A stretch of 63,683 nucleotides of DNA, filler included, from Dimargaris cristalligena (taxonomy: Eukaryota), in the NCBI GenBank assembly GCA_003614675.1. It is 2 parts of 2 records of this genome, joined end to end, with 100 filler letters (N's around TTAATTAATTAA, not from the genome) between each part and the next. Parts side by side here need not be neighbours in the genome. Positions count along the whole stretch, not along the records: positions 1 to 31,990 come from ML002431.1; 1 more part is not named here. The stretch is one strand, 5' to 3'. The stretch's first letter is position 1. The number at the start of each line of letters is the position of its first letter. The position numbers and the translations under genes were made by a program. Shown piece after piece: positions 12,771-25,031 of the stretch. A model generated the notes under the pieces. That model had not been told where the DNA came from. It was given only the letters and a program-made list of their open reading frames with translations, and ran no database searches.

Positions 12771-15384
12771 TTAGTTATCATCATCGGACGATTCGTCAAC
12801 AATGCCAGGCAATTCAACGTCGCTTTCATCATCGTCATTTTGGTTCGGAGTCATGCCAGCTGGTCCCGTCGGGGCAGCAGACCGGGCTGGTGGTAGGGGG
12901 GCCACCGCTGACGTCGGGATTGCCGTACGGGATTTGGTCCCGGAGTCAGAGGTTTTATGGATAGCTCGGGAAATACTATCATCATCGCCAGCGATTCCAG
13001 GGAGATGAGTGGAAGGCGAGTCTACGGTCATTGGTTCAGGTTCGGAATTCCGTCCCACCGAGGAGGTAGGCTGGATTGTCGTGGTTGGTGGTGGTAGTGT
13101 TTCATTACTCGCCAGGTCAGTGGAAGAACCCCCGATTACCATGTTCGCTTCCTCAGCCCCAGCCCCAGCTTCCAGCTCCGGATCCAGCACTTTCCAATCC
13201 TCCATACCATTACTACTGCCGCTGGTCTCCAATACGGACTCAGTCGCGGGGTTCCGCTGGGCGCGGGGTAAAGCGGGTAAACGCGGGTGGATTAAAATAT
13301 CGCACGTGGCCAAGGCCCGGCGGCAGAGGACCTGTACGGCCACAATAGGTGCAAAAAGACCGGCCTGGAAAATAGCAATGGCGTGGGGGAGGATATGGAC
13401 ATGGTCGATGGCGGGGTACCGAATCAAGGTCAGGAGCAGGCGGTGTAATTGGATAATACGAGCCACGGCTTCACCCCTTCCTTCAGCGATCACCAGCTGC
13501 GGGTCGCCTAGGTAAGTGCCCTGCAGTTGGGCCTGGAGCAGTTGACCTACGGTCGTTTGGATCAGTTGGAGACGGAACGCCAGGGGCAGTTGGTTACCCG
13601 CCGCCATGACCAATTCCGAGGCCAGTTCTAAGGCCCGGAGCTGAACTTCCGCCGAACCGGTGGCGGGGCGCACTAGGGTCGCGGGGGAATTGACTTGGTC
13701 CGGGATTAAAGCCCCGCCGGTCGGGCCCCGTCGGCGCTTACCCCCACCACCACCACCGCCGCCCCGTTTGGCGGAAAAACTGATTTGGGTTTCGCTATTC
13801 GTTGAAGTTCGGCCGTGGGCTGATGACGACAGTAGATCCGCATGCCCTTTGACGTCCTCGAATAAGCGAGCGTAGAAGTCCTTGCTGAGTAGACGGGTAA
13901 GCCCGGTGCCGTACTGGGAGGTGAGAGTGGCTACCATGGAGTAAATCGCAAGGCGAGTGAAGCTAAGTAGCATAGGCATGGGTATCATAAATATGGAGAG
14001 TGTCCGGGTTAGTCATGTTGTAATTAAGGATTCAATCCGGGTGACCGATCGCATATCCACGCCACCAACTACCAATGTATATATATATATATAAGACCAG
14101 TGTATCTATGAATTTAACAAATAATGTATAGGATAATACTTACCTAGATTGAGAGCCCCTGTTCAGAAGCGAGCAAGCAATATTGCCAAGTAAGTTCAAG
14201 TGGGCTACAGCATAATGGGACGCGGTTGTCAGAACGGTGACGGTCAATTCAAGAGCCAAGTGGTTAAGATCGGGAATAAGGGACATGAGGATACCAAAGT
14301 CCACCTTATCGCAGTGGGCTTTCCGTTCCAAGTGGGGGCCTAAGTTAGCCAGCCGTGTCGCCAGACCCAGCACCAGTCCAACGGGGAGTTGGACCGGGGC
14401 GGGGGTTTCGGAGGTCCATAGCCAGCCGAGGGCCTTACCCAGGGCCAGCAACCGACTGACCAGGCCGGGGAAGGGCGATACGGTCGTCGACGAGGGCCCC
14501 GCCTTTTTATCATCCTGGTCGTTGTGGTGGCTGGCCGAATCGAGGCCCGGCAAAGTAGTACCCGTGTAGCGATCACAAAAGGGTTCCTGCACTACATCCT
14601 CCAACAGCTGATCCAGCGTACGGTGGCTACTGCCGACCAAACCTAGCCCGTATTGGCGCCATTTCTCGGTCGACGACATGGTCGTTTGATTAGCATGGCG
14701 ACCGCCCGCGTGGGTCAGGACCGCCAAGCACTGACCGGCCTGGGCCACGACAGCCGATTCCGGGTCGCGTTGGCCATTCAAATACGGCACGCACCGGGCC
14801 GCCAGTTTATCCGCGAACGGGCGGAATGTGGAAGCGTACAGCGGGGCCAACGTAGTGACGGTTTGGAGGAGGGGCACCGTCAATCCAGCGGGAGTATCGT
14901 CGAGGTGGGCCAAAATAGTCTGCAGAAGGCGGGGCACTTGGTTTTGGGCGGCTTCACGCCGCCAGTCGGGTTGCGTTAGGGCCACCTGGAGTAAATGGGT
15001 AACGCAGGTTAGCGTCAATGCGTGGAGCTCCGTCAGGTCGGTCTTGGCCAATTGGGCGAGTAAAGGGGTCAGCCACTTCGCGCCCCAGTCGGGGAATTGG
15101 ACGGCGGCGGTTTGCTGGAGGGTAGCGTCAAGCAGGACGATCCCGCACCAGCGCTGGGCGGCGATCTTGCCTTGGACTAGCGTGGTGACCCGTTGGGACC
15201 AGCGGGTGAGTAGGGCGGAAGGGGTGGTAGTGGTGGTGGACGTGCGGGCGAGTTGGGCCAGGAGGGACCCGTGCGTGACGGTGGCGATCACATGGGGGAG
15301 ATTCGCCTCGAGAGTGGCCTCGCGGGAAAGGTAACGGCCCAGCAGAAGCTCGACCGTCTCATTGACGACCAGAGGGCTGGCCAT
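12771..15384 (-). CDS. RIX1: Pre-rRNA processing protein RIX1/PELP1 family, ~810 aa, 2 exons (15384-14144, 13962-12771)
   Basis: N-terminal helical RIX1-like region (W..RV..L..RWCG..LL; REAAQNQVPRLL; STFRPF). C-terminal DILIHPRLP motif and acidic tail ELPGIVDESSDDD. A GTAAGT..TTAG intron (14143-13963) with a GACTAAC branch point joins the two ORFs in phase 2. Confidence 0.85.
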
Positions 15385-17031
15385 TGTATCGGGGTCGTGG
15401 TATGATTTGATAGGTACTAAATAAAGCTGATGAATCGGGGAAAGAAGGGTGTCGTGTCGGGCCACTGGAGGGTGAGGATTATACTGGGTGGTCTCTGTCG
15501 CTGGGGCAGGTAGGAATGAGCAAAAGCCAAGTTGATTTATGGGAATCTTCGGCAGTTGACTCTGGACGAAGCAATGGCCCAGGCAGAGTTGGTATTGCTG
15601 ATCAATGGAATCCTCTACATCACAACCTCGCTATTCTGCCGAATGCCTTATCCGGGGTCTTTTTTTGGAAAAAAAATATTTAAGGTCACCACCAATTTGA
15701 TATGATCCAGCGGACATCCAATGAGAGAAGTCCATTGGAGTAAGCATTAAATTCAGCCAGGCCTGGCGATAAATAACCCATACTGTCGATTCCGATTTTA
15801 TACATTATTCACTCAAGCCAACCCGCCCTAAGGACACATAATCTGCGAATCAAGGTATCCATATATTGATTGCTTTAGACGAAAGTCATTAGTAAAAATA
15901 ATTTTTCTCTTGAGTGAGAGATGTTCTACGTCACGGGTACCAAGGCTCTTTGAAGAAAGCAATAATAATGCCCGAGGTGGTGAAACTTAAAAATGCAGTT
16001 TAATCAGTGTCTACCGGGAAAGTCGGTAAAGTGGTTGAATAGGGCGTTATGATGGAAGTAATATCTATAATCGGCGATTACTCTGTTGCCCGAGGTGGGT
16101 GAGCATCTAGGCTAACCGAAATGTAAGTAGGTCTGAATATGAACCTTACATATTTCTTTGTATGATAGTCCTACGAACTACTTGAATCAGCCAGTTTTAG
16201 AATTGAGCGCGAATTTTAATTAAAATTGCAGCTCACCGAGCTAAATAAGTTCAGCACCACATCTTGTATGGATATTGTCCATTGGTATGTCTGGGGATTC
16301 GGGAATATCTTTGACATGGTAGCATTTGGGCCACTTCTCATTATCCCAGCCGAAGAATCCGACTATGGGAAGTCACACTCCCCCATAATAACGACATTTA
16401 TATATCGATTTCAAAGAAATTCCTCAGTCCATGTTTCTAAGTAATCGGATTTTAAAAAGGTGAAAGGGGCCTTTGCCAAAGTATACCGAAGCATTGTACA
16501 ATCCCGCTACTTATCAATGTTACCGGCTGGAAAAGTCCGACTATTAGTCAATGTCGTTTTTAGCCACCATCGTTATTGATGACATTCCACTTCAATTATA
16601 AGGCAGGGGTTTCGCCATGATCTATCCATGGTGGGTATGAGCTCTATTAATGCAAACTTCATGCAAACCAAAGCGGATATTTGCTTCATTGTATACCATG
16701 GACTTCTTCTCATTGCATCTCCAGCGGCCATTCCTGAAAGGTGCCGTGAATCAACTGGCATATTGGAATAGTCTAGCCCAGTCGATGGTAATGACCATAA
16801 CCCCATATAATAATGAAATCAAGCCTTTGATATCCTCTATTGACTAGCAAGCTGTGTTCACTGGTTCACCAACTGCCCTCCCATACTCAACCCCACACTA
16901 TTTAAGGAAAGCCAATTCCTATCCATTTTTTAGCTAACAAACTCCTTCATCGTTTGCATCAACAACTTCAACGTTCGAATTGAATACCTCCTCGTTCTCA
17001 TTATTACCTTTATCATTCACGTTCACTCATC

Positions 17032-17397
17032 ATGGTTCACTCCCATACGTTTAGATACTACCTCCCCGGTCGGAAACGTGCCTCTTTTTCCAGGACCGTT
17101 ACGAACAGCTCTCTACCAGGAAGCTCCCCGCTACGTAGCATCGGCCGATTCATCGAAAAGTGTACCAATCGGAACACCAATGATATCTCCCAAGAAGGTT
17201 CAAGCAAGCGAAAGAAGAGGCCGGCCTATCACCAATGCCCTAAATGCCCCCGCACATTTGTAGCCAAAAACCGACTGGTGGCCCATACTCTATTTTGCGG
17301 TATACTTAGCTCAAGCAAAGCATGCCCAGATTGTGGCCGGGTATTCAAGGATGCGCCGGCTTTAGATCTGCACAAATATTCATGCCCTGCAGGTTAG
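17032..17397 (+). CDS. Small zinc-finger protein (two C2H2-like C2HC fingers), ~121 aa
   Basis: CPKCPRTF..RLVAHTLFC and CPDCGRVF..ALDLHKYSC, preceded by a basic NLS-like KRKKR. A possible terminal intron at 17393-17495 would extend the CDS to 17518. Confidence 0.6.
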   Translation: MVHSHTFRYYLPGRKRASFSRTVTNSSLPGSSPLRSIGRFIEKCTNRNTNDISQEGSSKRKKRPAYHQCPKCPRTFVAKNRLVAHTLFCGILSSSKACPDCGRVFKDAPALDLHKYSCPAG

Positions 17398-18323
17398 GAT
17401 TTCTTCTTTACAAAGTATCCAATCTGACCATAGGTACAGTCACCATACGTACTAGAATACTAACATTGGTCAACCAAATAATGTGATCCACTTAGTTATT
17501 GCCGGCTCTTATTGCTAGCAAATAAACTGACTGGATTTCTGGTCATTCTAAGCCATTGCTTATGGTACTCATCGGCTCCTTGTTATTTTCTTGTGGCAGT
17601 TGAATAGTAGGATTTTTTTTTGGATGATACATGTATATATTACCAGAACTGTGTTCATCAACCTACGAGTTTGGGGTCTAGTCTTTATATACCAATTCAA
17701 TTTCCCTGCCTGCAACCTTGCCCTATGGGATGCTTCCCCAAACAGAGCAGTGCAATGCAGCTCCTAACTCTTGGCCTTCCTTTTTGCAAAGGTAAGTAAA
17801 TCACACACCAGATTAAACAGGAAGTATGGTTTGACCCAACCATTGAGTAAAATTCATCTCAAACAAAATGTGAATGAGTGAATAAATAAAACATATACAG
17901 AGTTATTTAAAACATGGTTTTGTTGAAAAGTCATTGGATAGTATACTGCTTCCCCAGTAACAATTAGAATAAATCCATATACCCTGCTTAAACTAGGGAG
18001 AGACACATGTTATTGGAGGATGTGGAATGCTTTCCAGATTCAGGTTCACTATCAGTATACATCAGCTAACCCATTTCAGGGATAAACCACTCTAATTCCA
18101 CCTCAGAGCTTACTCAAATAGGGTTTCTGAGCATAGTCTTTACAGATTTAAGGCTTAGATTAAACAAGGAGTTATCACACATTATTTCCTAAATCTGCAC
18201 TAAGCTACTCTCCACTAGATTACCAACTTCTTACCTAATATATAGTATCTGTTATTATCACTAAAGGCATTATATTACCTGAAAATAAAAATCTACTCTT
18301 TGAATTACTTTATAATCTATTAC

Positions 18324-18887
18324 TATTAGCCCTTTTAATCTACCTTAATCTGGCCAGCTTAGACATCCAATTATATTAGGCCTTATAGTACTATATTAAC
18401 TTTCCTATAATCATATATAGCACTATGGCATTATCCCTTATTATATAACCCTTCCCCTTCTGGACTCCACTTTTTTACACTAATTACTCAAGTACTAATC
18501 TATAGACTCTTCTGGAAACCCATACCTATCCAGTTGGTCTATTTATCTATACCCTAGACTTAGTAGTATCCTCCCCTTGGGACCTCCCTCTGGAGCTATC
18601 CCCATATATAGATAACTGGGCCCCATTGGGACTAGTTAGATTCCTTAGCTTATTCTTACCCCTTAGTTTACCCCAATAAACTCTATATAGACTTACTCCC
18701 CCTTGTACTAACTAATAAGGGTGCCTGCTGCATGTCCCTTACATATACCTACTGTAGCCTTTATTAATTAGTTCTGTGCCCTGTACCTAATGCTAGTAGC
18801 CCACTTGGCTAAGCTTAAGCCCTGTCTATTGTTAGAAGCCTATCCTTAGGACACTTAACAGACTAAGAGTAATTAACCCAGGTTACA
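18324..18887 (-). mobile_element. Degenerate ~564-bp interspersed repeat, solo-LTR-like, copy A
   Basis: The reverse complement aligns end to end with 29118-29821 minus the MITE insertion. On the minus strand it begins TGTAACC and ends GGGCTAATA. No CpG; no TSD seen. Confidence 0.7.
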
Positions 18888-20029
18888 TAGAGCTAGTAGT
18901 GTAGGATTGCCGTGGCAGTCAGGGATATATCTAATACTGTACATAGAACTAGTCCAGCTAAAACACTGATTGCAAAACTACTGTAAGTTATTTGTAACAT
19001 AATTGCCTACCTCAGGCACACTAATTAGCATTCATGGGTAGTGTTACTATATCCTGGTAATTTGCATTGACTAACGATTAATATAGAACTCTCTCTTTCA
19101 TCCAAATATCCATTATCAAAATGGTTCACTGCCCAAGTACAATACTCGAGTCCGCTTGATAGATACCTATTAGACTGGGGATGTCCACCAACCGCAATTT
19201 GGTAGTAATTATTAGGGGGACATCAATATATAAAAGGGCAAATCTAGGCGCGGGAGTGCTTAAAAGAGGTGGGCGTATAAGGAGGTCTATGTAGACCTTA
19301 AATATAAGCACTTGGCGACAAGGGGGACCGAGTAAAAGTTATTCGATGAAAATTGGATAACAGGGCGACATTGCCCAAGACAAAATGTGGATTAGAATCA
19401 TCGGATACTGGACGGAGTTTCCGGGGAAGCAGTTGCTTGTGTCTCCCCTGGGTTCAGACCACTGCGAAATCATTTTCTTGAGTAATATATCACCAAGGCA
19501 TATGAACCAGTTGATAGATTGAGGCACTTAGTCTAATCAGTGCGATTCACACGCGTGGCAGCACACGCCTCCTTTTTCAGACAATTAATCAAGAAATTGG
19601 ATAATGGCATTCATATTCCCTCGTTCTGACCCCTTTTAATGCAATTGGAAAATGGCTTTTGGAAGTTAGCTACCTATTATTAATTCATAATGATAGACAA
19701 TTTGGAAATTATTGGAAAGACTGGGGAATAATAGTGGGGGGGGAGGGTATTTCCACATGAGGATAAATAAAGTCGTATAAGGGCGTCTCTTGTTTCCCCC
19801 TAAAAACCGTGGGTTAGGACACTCCATATACATCTGGGTTTTAATATGCCGCAACCCAGGGCTGGTTGAGTGTTCATTTATTTTATTTTTTGAAAAATTA
19901 CGGGAAAATGTCAAGTGACGTGTAAAAGGGGACTACAATCCCACGGAATGAGACCCGGTGATTTTCAGGGGATTTAGGGCAGTGGTAGGAAAGGTCACCT
20001 ACCTGGTCCCTCGCATAGACTGAGCGGGT

Positions 20030-21747
20030 TTAGAGAGTAGTTTCGGTGGGAGTTGATGCAGTAGTGGGTTTACCTTCCAGTTCCTCAATCAGCTCAGTGA
20101 GAATTTCTTGGGTTTCTTGAGGATTAATGATCCAACAGGTGCAGCAGGTTGTGCGGGTGGCAATGTCGTTACCGGTCGATAAGAACTAGGGGTTGGGAAT
20201 AGTGATGTTGGACAAGGGAAATGGCATGGTCACCCCGCAAAGCGCATGCATATTTATACGCACGAAGAACATTATTATTTCAACGGAACAAAAATATTTC
20301 GGTTAGCATTAGTGGACTAGTGGTTTAGATATTGTAGTGGGGGGGGGATATTTACACCCACGTTCATATCAAGGTTTAACCTGATTTTGGGCCGGAGGGT
20401 CCTTAAATTCTTCTAATGCCATCGCGACAATTCTTGTTCCCAACGTAGATTAATTGGTAGCATATTGCTATAACCCCTTGAACTTACCTGGTCTCCCACG
20501 TGAATAGTTTCCCGGGGCGAGAATCCCAAATGGTTTTGAAGGACCTGCACACCAATAAGCTTGTTTCCGACATCCACCCACACATCGCTACCGCCATTGA
20601 ACGCGCAAAAGGGGATTTTGCCCTGGTCGGGGCTGGAGGCCTTATTGTACTGGAGCAGGCACTGTTGGGTGGACAGGGCGCATTCGTCAAGTTGTTCGCG
20701 ACTGAGCGGCACCGAGGGGATGATGCCCACCGCCTTGGGTTTGCGCAGGACCTGGGCCTGTAACTTCATATCCGCAATACACTGCTTGAGGTTGAGTTCG
20801 GCGACATCCAGGAACCGCTGAATGTCCGCCTCGGTCCAGTCCAACAGGCGGGACTGGTACGTCTGCTCGGGGATATAGACCAGACGACTTTCGGGTGTAC
20901 ACTGGAACAGGTAGTTGCATTCGCCGCCCATGACGTAGAAGCGCCCCAGTTGGGTGGGGGTGAGGTCCGAGCGCGCGAAACACTGGAGAAGGCCGGAGAG
21001 GCGGGCTTCGTACTTGGCCACATCCGTGGTGTAACCAGCGGCCGTCACAACTGCCACCGTAATATCCCGCCGCAGCAGATGGATGAGCTGCTGGGCGATT
21101 TGGTTGTCCTCTTCGAAGGTCTGACCATCGGGGTACAGGGTCATATCCCCGTCGAACGTGATGAGACGCACCAGGGACCCGCTGGACCGCGCTTGGGCGG
21201 TGTTCAGAATGCGCCGGATATCGTTGAAACTGGGCGGAACGTACTTACGGGACGAGATGGCATACTTGGCGTTGGCGTAGAGGAACGCCTCCCGTAGCGG
21301 CAGGGGGGTAAAGAAGGTCCCTACGGTGGGCACCAGGCGCCGCAACCGGGAGTACTTCTCGAGCCCTTTTTCCTGCATCTCAATGTGCTCCGTGATGAGG
21401 GCCTCGACGTCGGCCATAATTTCGGCGTACCGAAGTTCGTTGGCGCGCATGGCGTCCGAATTGCGACGTAGGTTCAGGGGAAGGGCGGGGTCGGGGAGTT
21501 GGGGCAACTCGGACTGGGAGTAGGCACTGACATGGGTTTCGGCTAGCCAGGTGCAGGTGTCGGTGACGCAGGGCGAGACAGGCACGCTGCCCGGGGAGCG
21601 GGGGTACTGCTCCACGGGGAGGGCGCTCGACGTGGTAGGGGTGGCATGCAAGACGAAGGGCGTCAGCAGCATGCTCTTGATGAACTCAATGAGCGGGTCC
21701 CGCTTATGGGCCCGGAGGTGGTAGTTGATACGGTAAACCGAAGTCAT
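20030..21747 (-). CDS. ISN1: IMP-specific 5'-nucleotidase 1, ~471 aa, 2 exons (21747-20488, 20185-20030)
   Basis: Family motifs MTSVYRINYHLRAHKRD..IEFIK, FFTPLPL, PPSFNDIRRILNTAQ, TFDGDMTLY, GGECNYL, FCAFNGGSDVWVDVGNK. HVGDQ/FLSTGND is joined across a GTAAGT..CTAG intron. Confidence 0.95.
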
Positions 21748-22686
21748 GGTAGGTAAACCAGCGGAATGGGGGGAGTTTGTCAGTAATGAGGCAGTGGGTT
21801 GGATAAACTAAAACTCTGGTGAATACTTTTCAGAAGAGAACGTTATGAGGCAGAGGGAGGGGGATAGGCCGGGGTAGGGCTAACTAACCCGCAGGATAAA
21901 AAGAGGCCAGGTCGTACAGTCCGAAAGGGCAGGCTACACCAGATGACAGGGATAGGCAGCGCCACTGGCTAGTTCACAGTCACAAATCAGCGAATTGGAT
22001 TATACGAAGAGAGCGCCATTCCAAACCCCGACTCGCCTACGCATCACGTGGACATGGCCAGCAAGCCCCGTGGTTATAATCAGGGCGATCCCTGGAACTG
22101 ATGGGTAAGGAGCCACTACTGTGGAATTACCTAGTGCTAAAAATACCCCACCAGGTCATCCCTAAATAGAAGTGCCATCGATAGCATTATACGGATGCAC
22201 ACATGTGTGGGAGTGTGAGCAAGGGTGAAAGGGCAGCGCAATTGCAAACCAGGTCAATCCCCCCTCCCTTTTCTTCCACATCCCAGTCTATTTCGAACAC
22301 CATGAATGTGTAAATTAAGCAAGGAGAGTGCCAAATTTACAGTATTTGAGGACGACGGATTGGGTGACTGGGCTGTTCCCCGCTCATTAATAGTTTTCCC
22401 CCCTGTTAGGCACCCAATAGGCGGCTGGCCAGGTGGTTTCATCTACTCTCGCCCCTTCTGTCGTCGAAAGGTTTATCCGACCATCAGTGTAGCCCCACTC
22501 CGGAACGGTATAAAACTACTCAGTCTACCCCACCACACAGGCCATCTTAATAAATAACTGTGAACCCCGTCCCCTCCCCCCTCTGGTTTCTTCTGCACAT
22601 TATATTTTTTCCAATTACTTTCCGTCTGAAACCAACTTTCCGAGCTGTCCCCCACAAGCTTTGCTTCACTCTAGAGTCAAGCCACC

Positions 22687-25031
22687 ATGTCGGTATCATT
22701 ATCGCCGCTTGACTATCCGCTGCCCGCCCAACCCACCGCGTTTGTTATCTCAGGGAATCGCGTGCTACTCAATAGCGAACAGCCCGGTCCTCGGCCGTAT
22801 ACCCTGTCCGTTTACCAAGGGCTAATCCACCGTATCATCCCTGGCCATTTTTCGGTCCAGACGATAGAGCCCCACCTCCCGAGACTGACGGCCGAACTGC
22901 CGGCGGGCCTGATTCACGATGGCCAGCTTGGATTCTGGGATATCGGCGACCTTTGGCTGATGCCCGGGGTCATTGACGCCCACGTTCACGTTAACCAACC
23001 CGGACGGACCCTCTGGGAGGGTATGACCACGGCCTCCCAGGCCGCCGCCGCGGGGGGCTGTACCACCATTGTGGACATGCCCCTCAATGCTATCCCGCCT
23101 ACCACCACCGTGGACCACGCGCAGACCAAAGTCGAAAGCGTAGGTGATAGTTGTTGGGTGGATGTGGCGCTCTGGGGTGGCATGGTGCCCGGAAACGACG
23201 GGGACTTGCTCCCCCTTCGCGACTTTGGGGTCCGTGGGTTCAAGGGCTTCTTGATCGACAGTGGGGTTCCCGAATTTCCCATGGTCGAGTCCCGCGATGT
23301 ATTGAAGGCGCTTCAGGTATTGGAGGTAGGTATTTCCATCGCAAATCTACATGCGACGACGTAGGCAGTGGCATGGCTGGTAATCAAATGATGGTGGTAT
23401 CAGTGAATGCCTTTTGGGAAGTCATGGGTGAAGAATACGGGAGATGAACCTGTTGGAGGTGGGATAAGACAGGGTCTCGCATCGTGCTTCTTCTTATCCG
23501 GTGCCATTGGATCTAGGGGGAATCCCAGGGCAGCTAAATTTGAGTACTGGGCTCACCGCTAAGAAGTGTGACTAGGAAGGGACGTGGCCTTAACATTTGC
23601 CCGGCTGGATAGTTGTATATACTGCCGTCCGGTCACTGAGGGAGGCAACCTATTCGGGGGGTACGTATCTCCCTTCCTTCCTGCGCCACCTTGATCAACT
23701 AGAATGGTCCATCACATCGATAATTGCTCCTTAAGTTTAAGTCTCTGTTGGGGCCATTATCACATCCATCGCTCCCCCATAAATGCGAGCTGCCATTGGC
23801 AAATCATTGACCACATCTCTTAAATTATTGACCCACCCCCGTTGAAATATTTGCCGCGCCTTTGCCATTATAGACTGATTTCGCTGATCCCACCCACCGG
23901 GCCGTTCCTCTCCTCTTCCATGCTGAAATGACCTCTTGCGGCTGTAGCTTGCCAATCGATACGCCTATCACCCCCTCACTGGCCAATGAATCAGCCCCTC
24001 CCCCAGTATCCATAGACCGTGGGCCTCTTCCCAATTTACCCCGCGATCTCTATCTGCTGACCCCGCAATCCGTTGGCTATTCGACTACCCGGGAAACCCA
24101 AAATGATTACTTCTCTCTTCCAGCTATCCAGTCCCAAAATCAAAATCAAAATCAAGCCCATACATATACGCAGACCTCAAGCCTGGAGAAACCCCCTGCT
24201 GATCCGCGCCAATACACGGCCTTTCTCGAATCCCGCCCCGCCGCCATGGAAGTAGACGCTATACATGCAGTAATCAGCTGGTTAGAAGCGCATCCCGCCG
24301 TTCGGGGCCATATTGTCCACCTCAGTGCGGCGGAGGCGTTGCCCCTTATCAAAGCTGCCAAAGCCCGCGGGGTCAACCTAACCATCGAAACCTGCTTCCA
24401 CTATTTAGCCCTAAGTGCCCAGACCATCCCGGCAGGAGCCACCCAGTACAAGTGCTGTCCACCCATTCGGGACGAGCTAAACCGGGACGCCTTATGGGCG
24501 GCCCTGGAAGAGGGCCTCATCGATCTCGTGGTTTCCGATCACTCGCCCTCCACCCCGGACCTTAAATGTCCCGAAACGGGGGATTTCCTGGCCGCTTGGG
24601 GAGGCATCGCCAGCGTGCAATTCGGTCTGTCAGTGCTTTGGACCGAAGCGAAGCGACGCGGCTACGAGTGTCCCCGTATACTGCTACCGTGGCTTTGCGA
24701 ACGTCCCGCTCAGCACATTCAACTCGACCAGCGCAAGGGCCGGCTGCAACCCGGTATGGACGCCGACATGGTCATTTGGGACCCCGAAGAATCGTTTGTC
24801 GTGACCCCCGTGGGCATTCACTTTCGACACAAGGTCACCCCCTATTTGGGCCATACCCTCTACGGCCGCGTTCACCATACCCTGGTACGCGGCCGGGTGG
24901 CCTTTTCAACCGGACTTGCCACGGAAAGCGAGCCACGTCTACTAATCATGAGAAATCGACCCTCCGGTACCGATGATACGCCGGCTTATTTTTCTGCCAC
25001 CCCACCCGGTCGCATAATTCTGGAGGCCTAG
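22687..25031 (+). CDS. DAL1: Allantoinase (amidohydrolase superfamily), ~598 aa, 2 exons (22687-23325, 23874-25031)
   Basis: Motifs PGVIDAHVHVNQPGRTLWEG, DMPLNAIPPTT, GFKGFLIDSGVPEFP, FHAE, FLESRP, HIVHLS, ETCFHYL, KCCPPIR, VSDHSP, AWGGI. A GTAGGT..ATAG intron of 548 nt joins the exons in phase 0. Confidence 0.93.

Noticed and set aside
15969-16136. TGCCCGAGGTGG direct repeat with tRNA-like start and possible C/D boxes
   Set aside because: No cloverleaf or T-loop GTTC, and the C box is imperfect; insufficient support for a tRNA or snoRNA.
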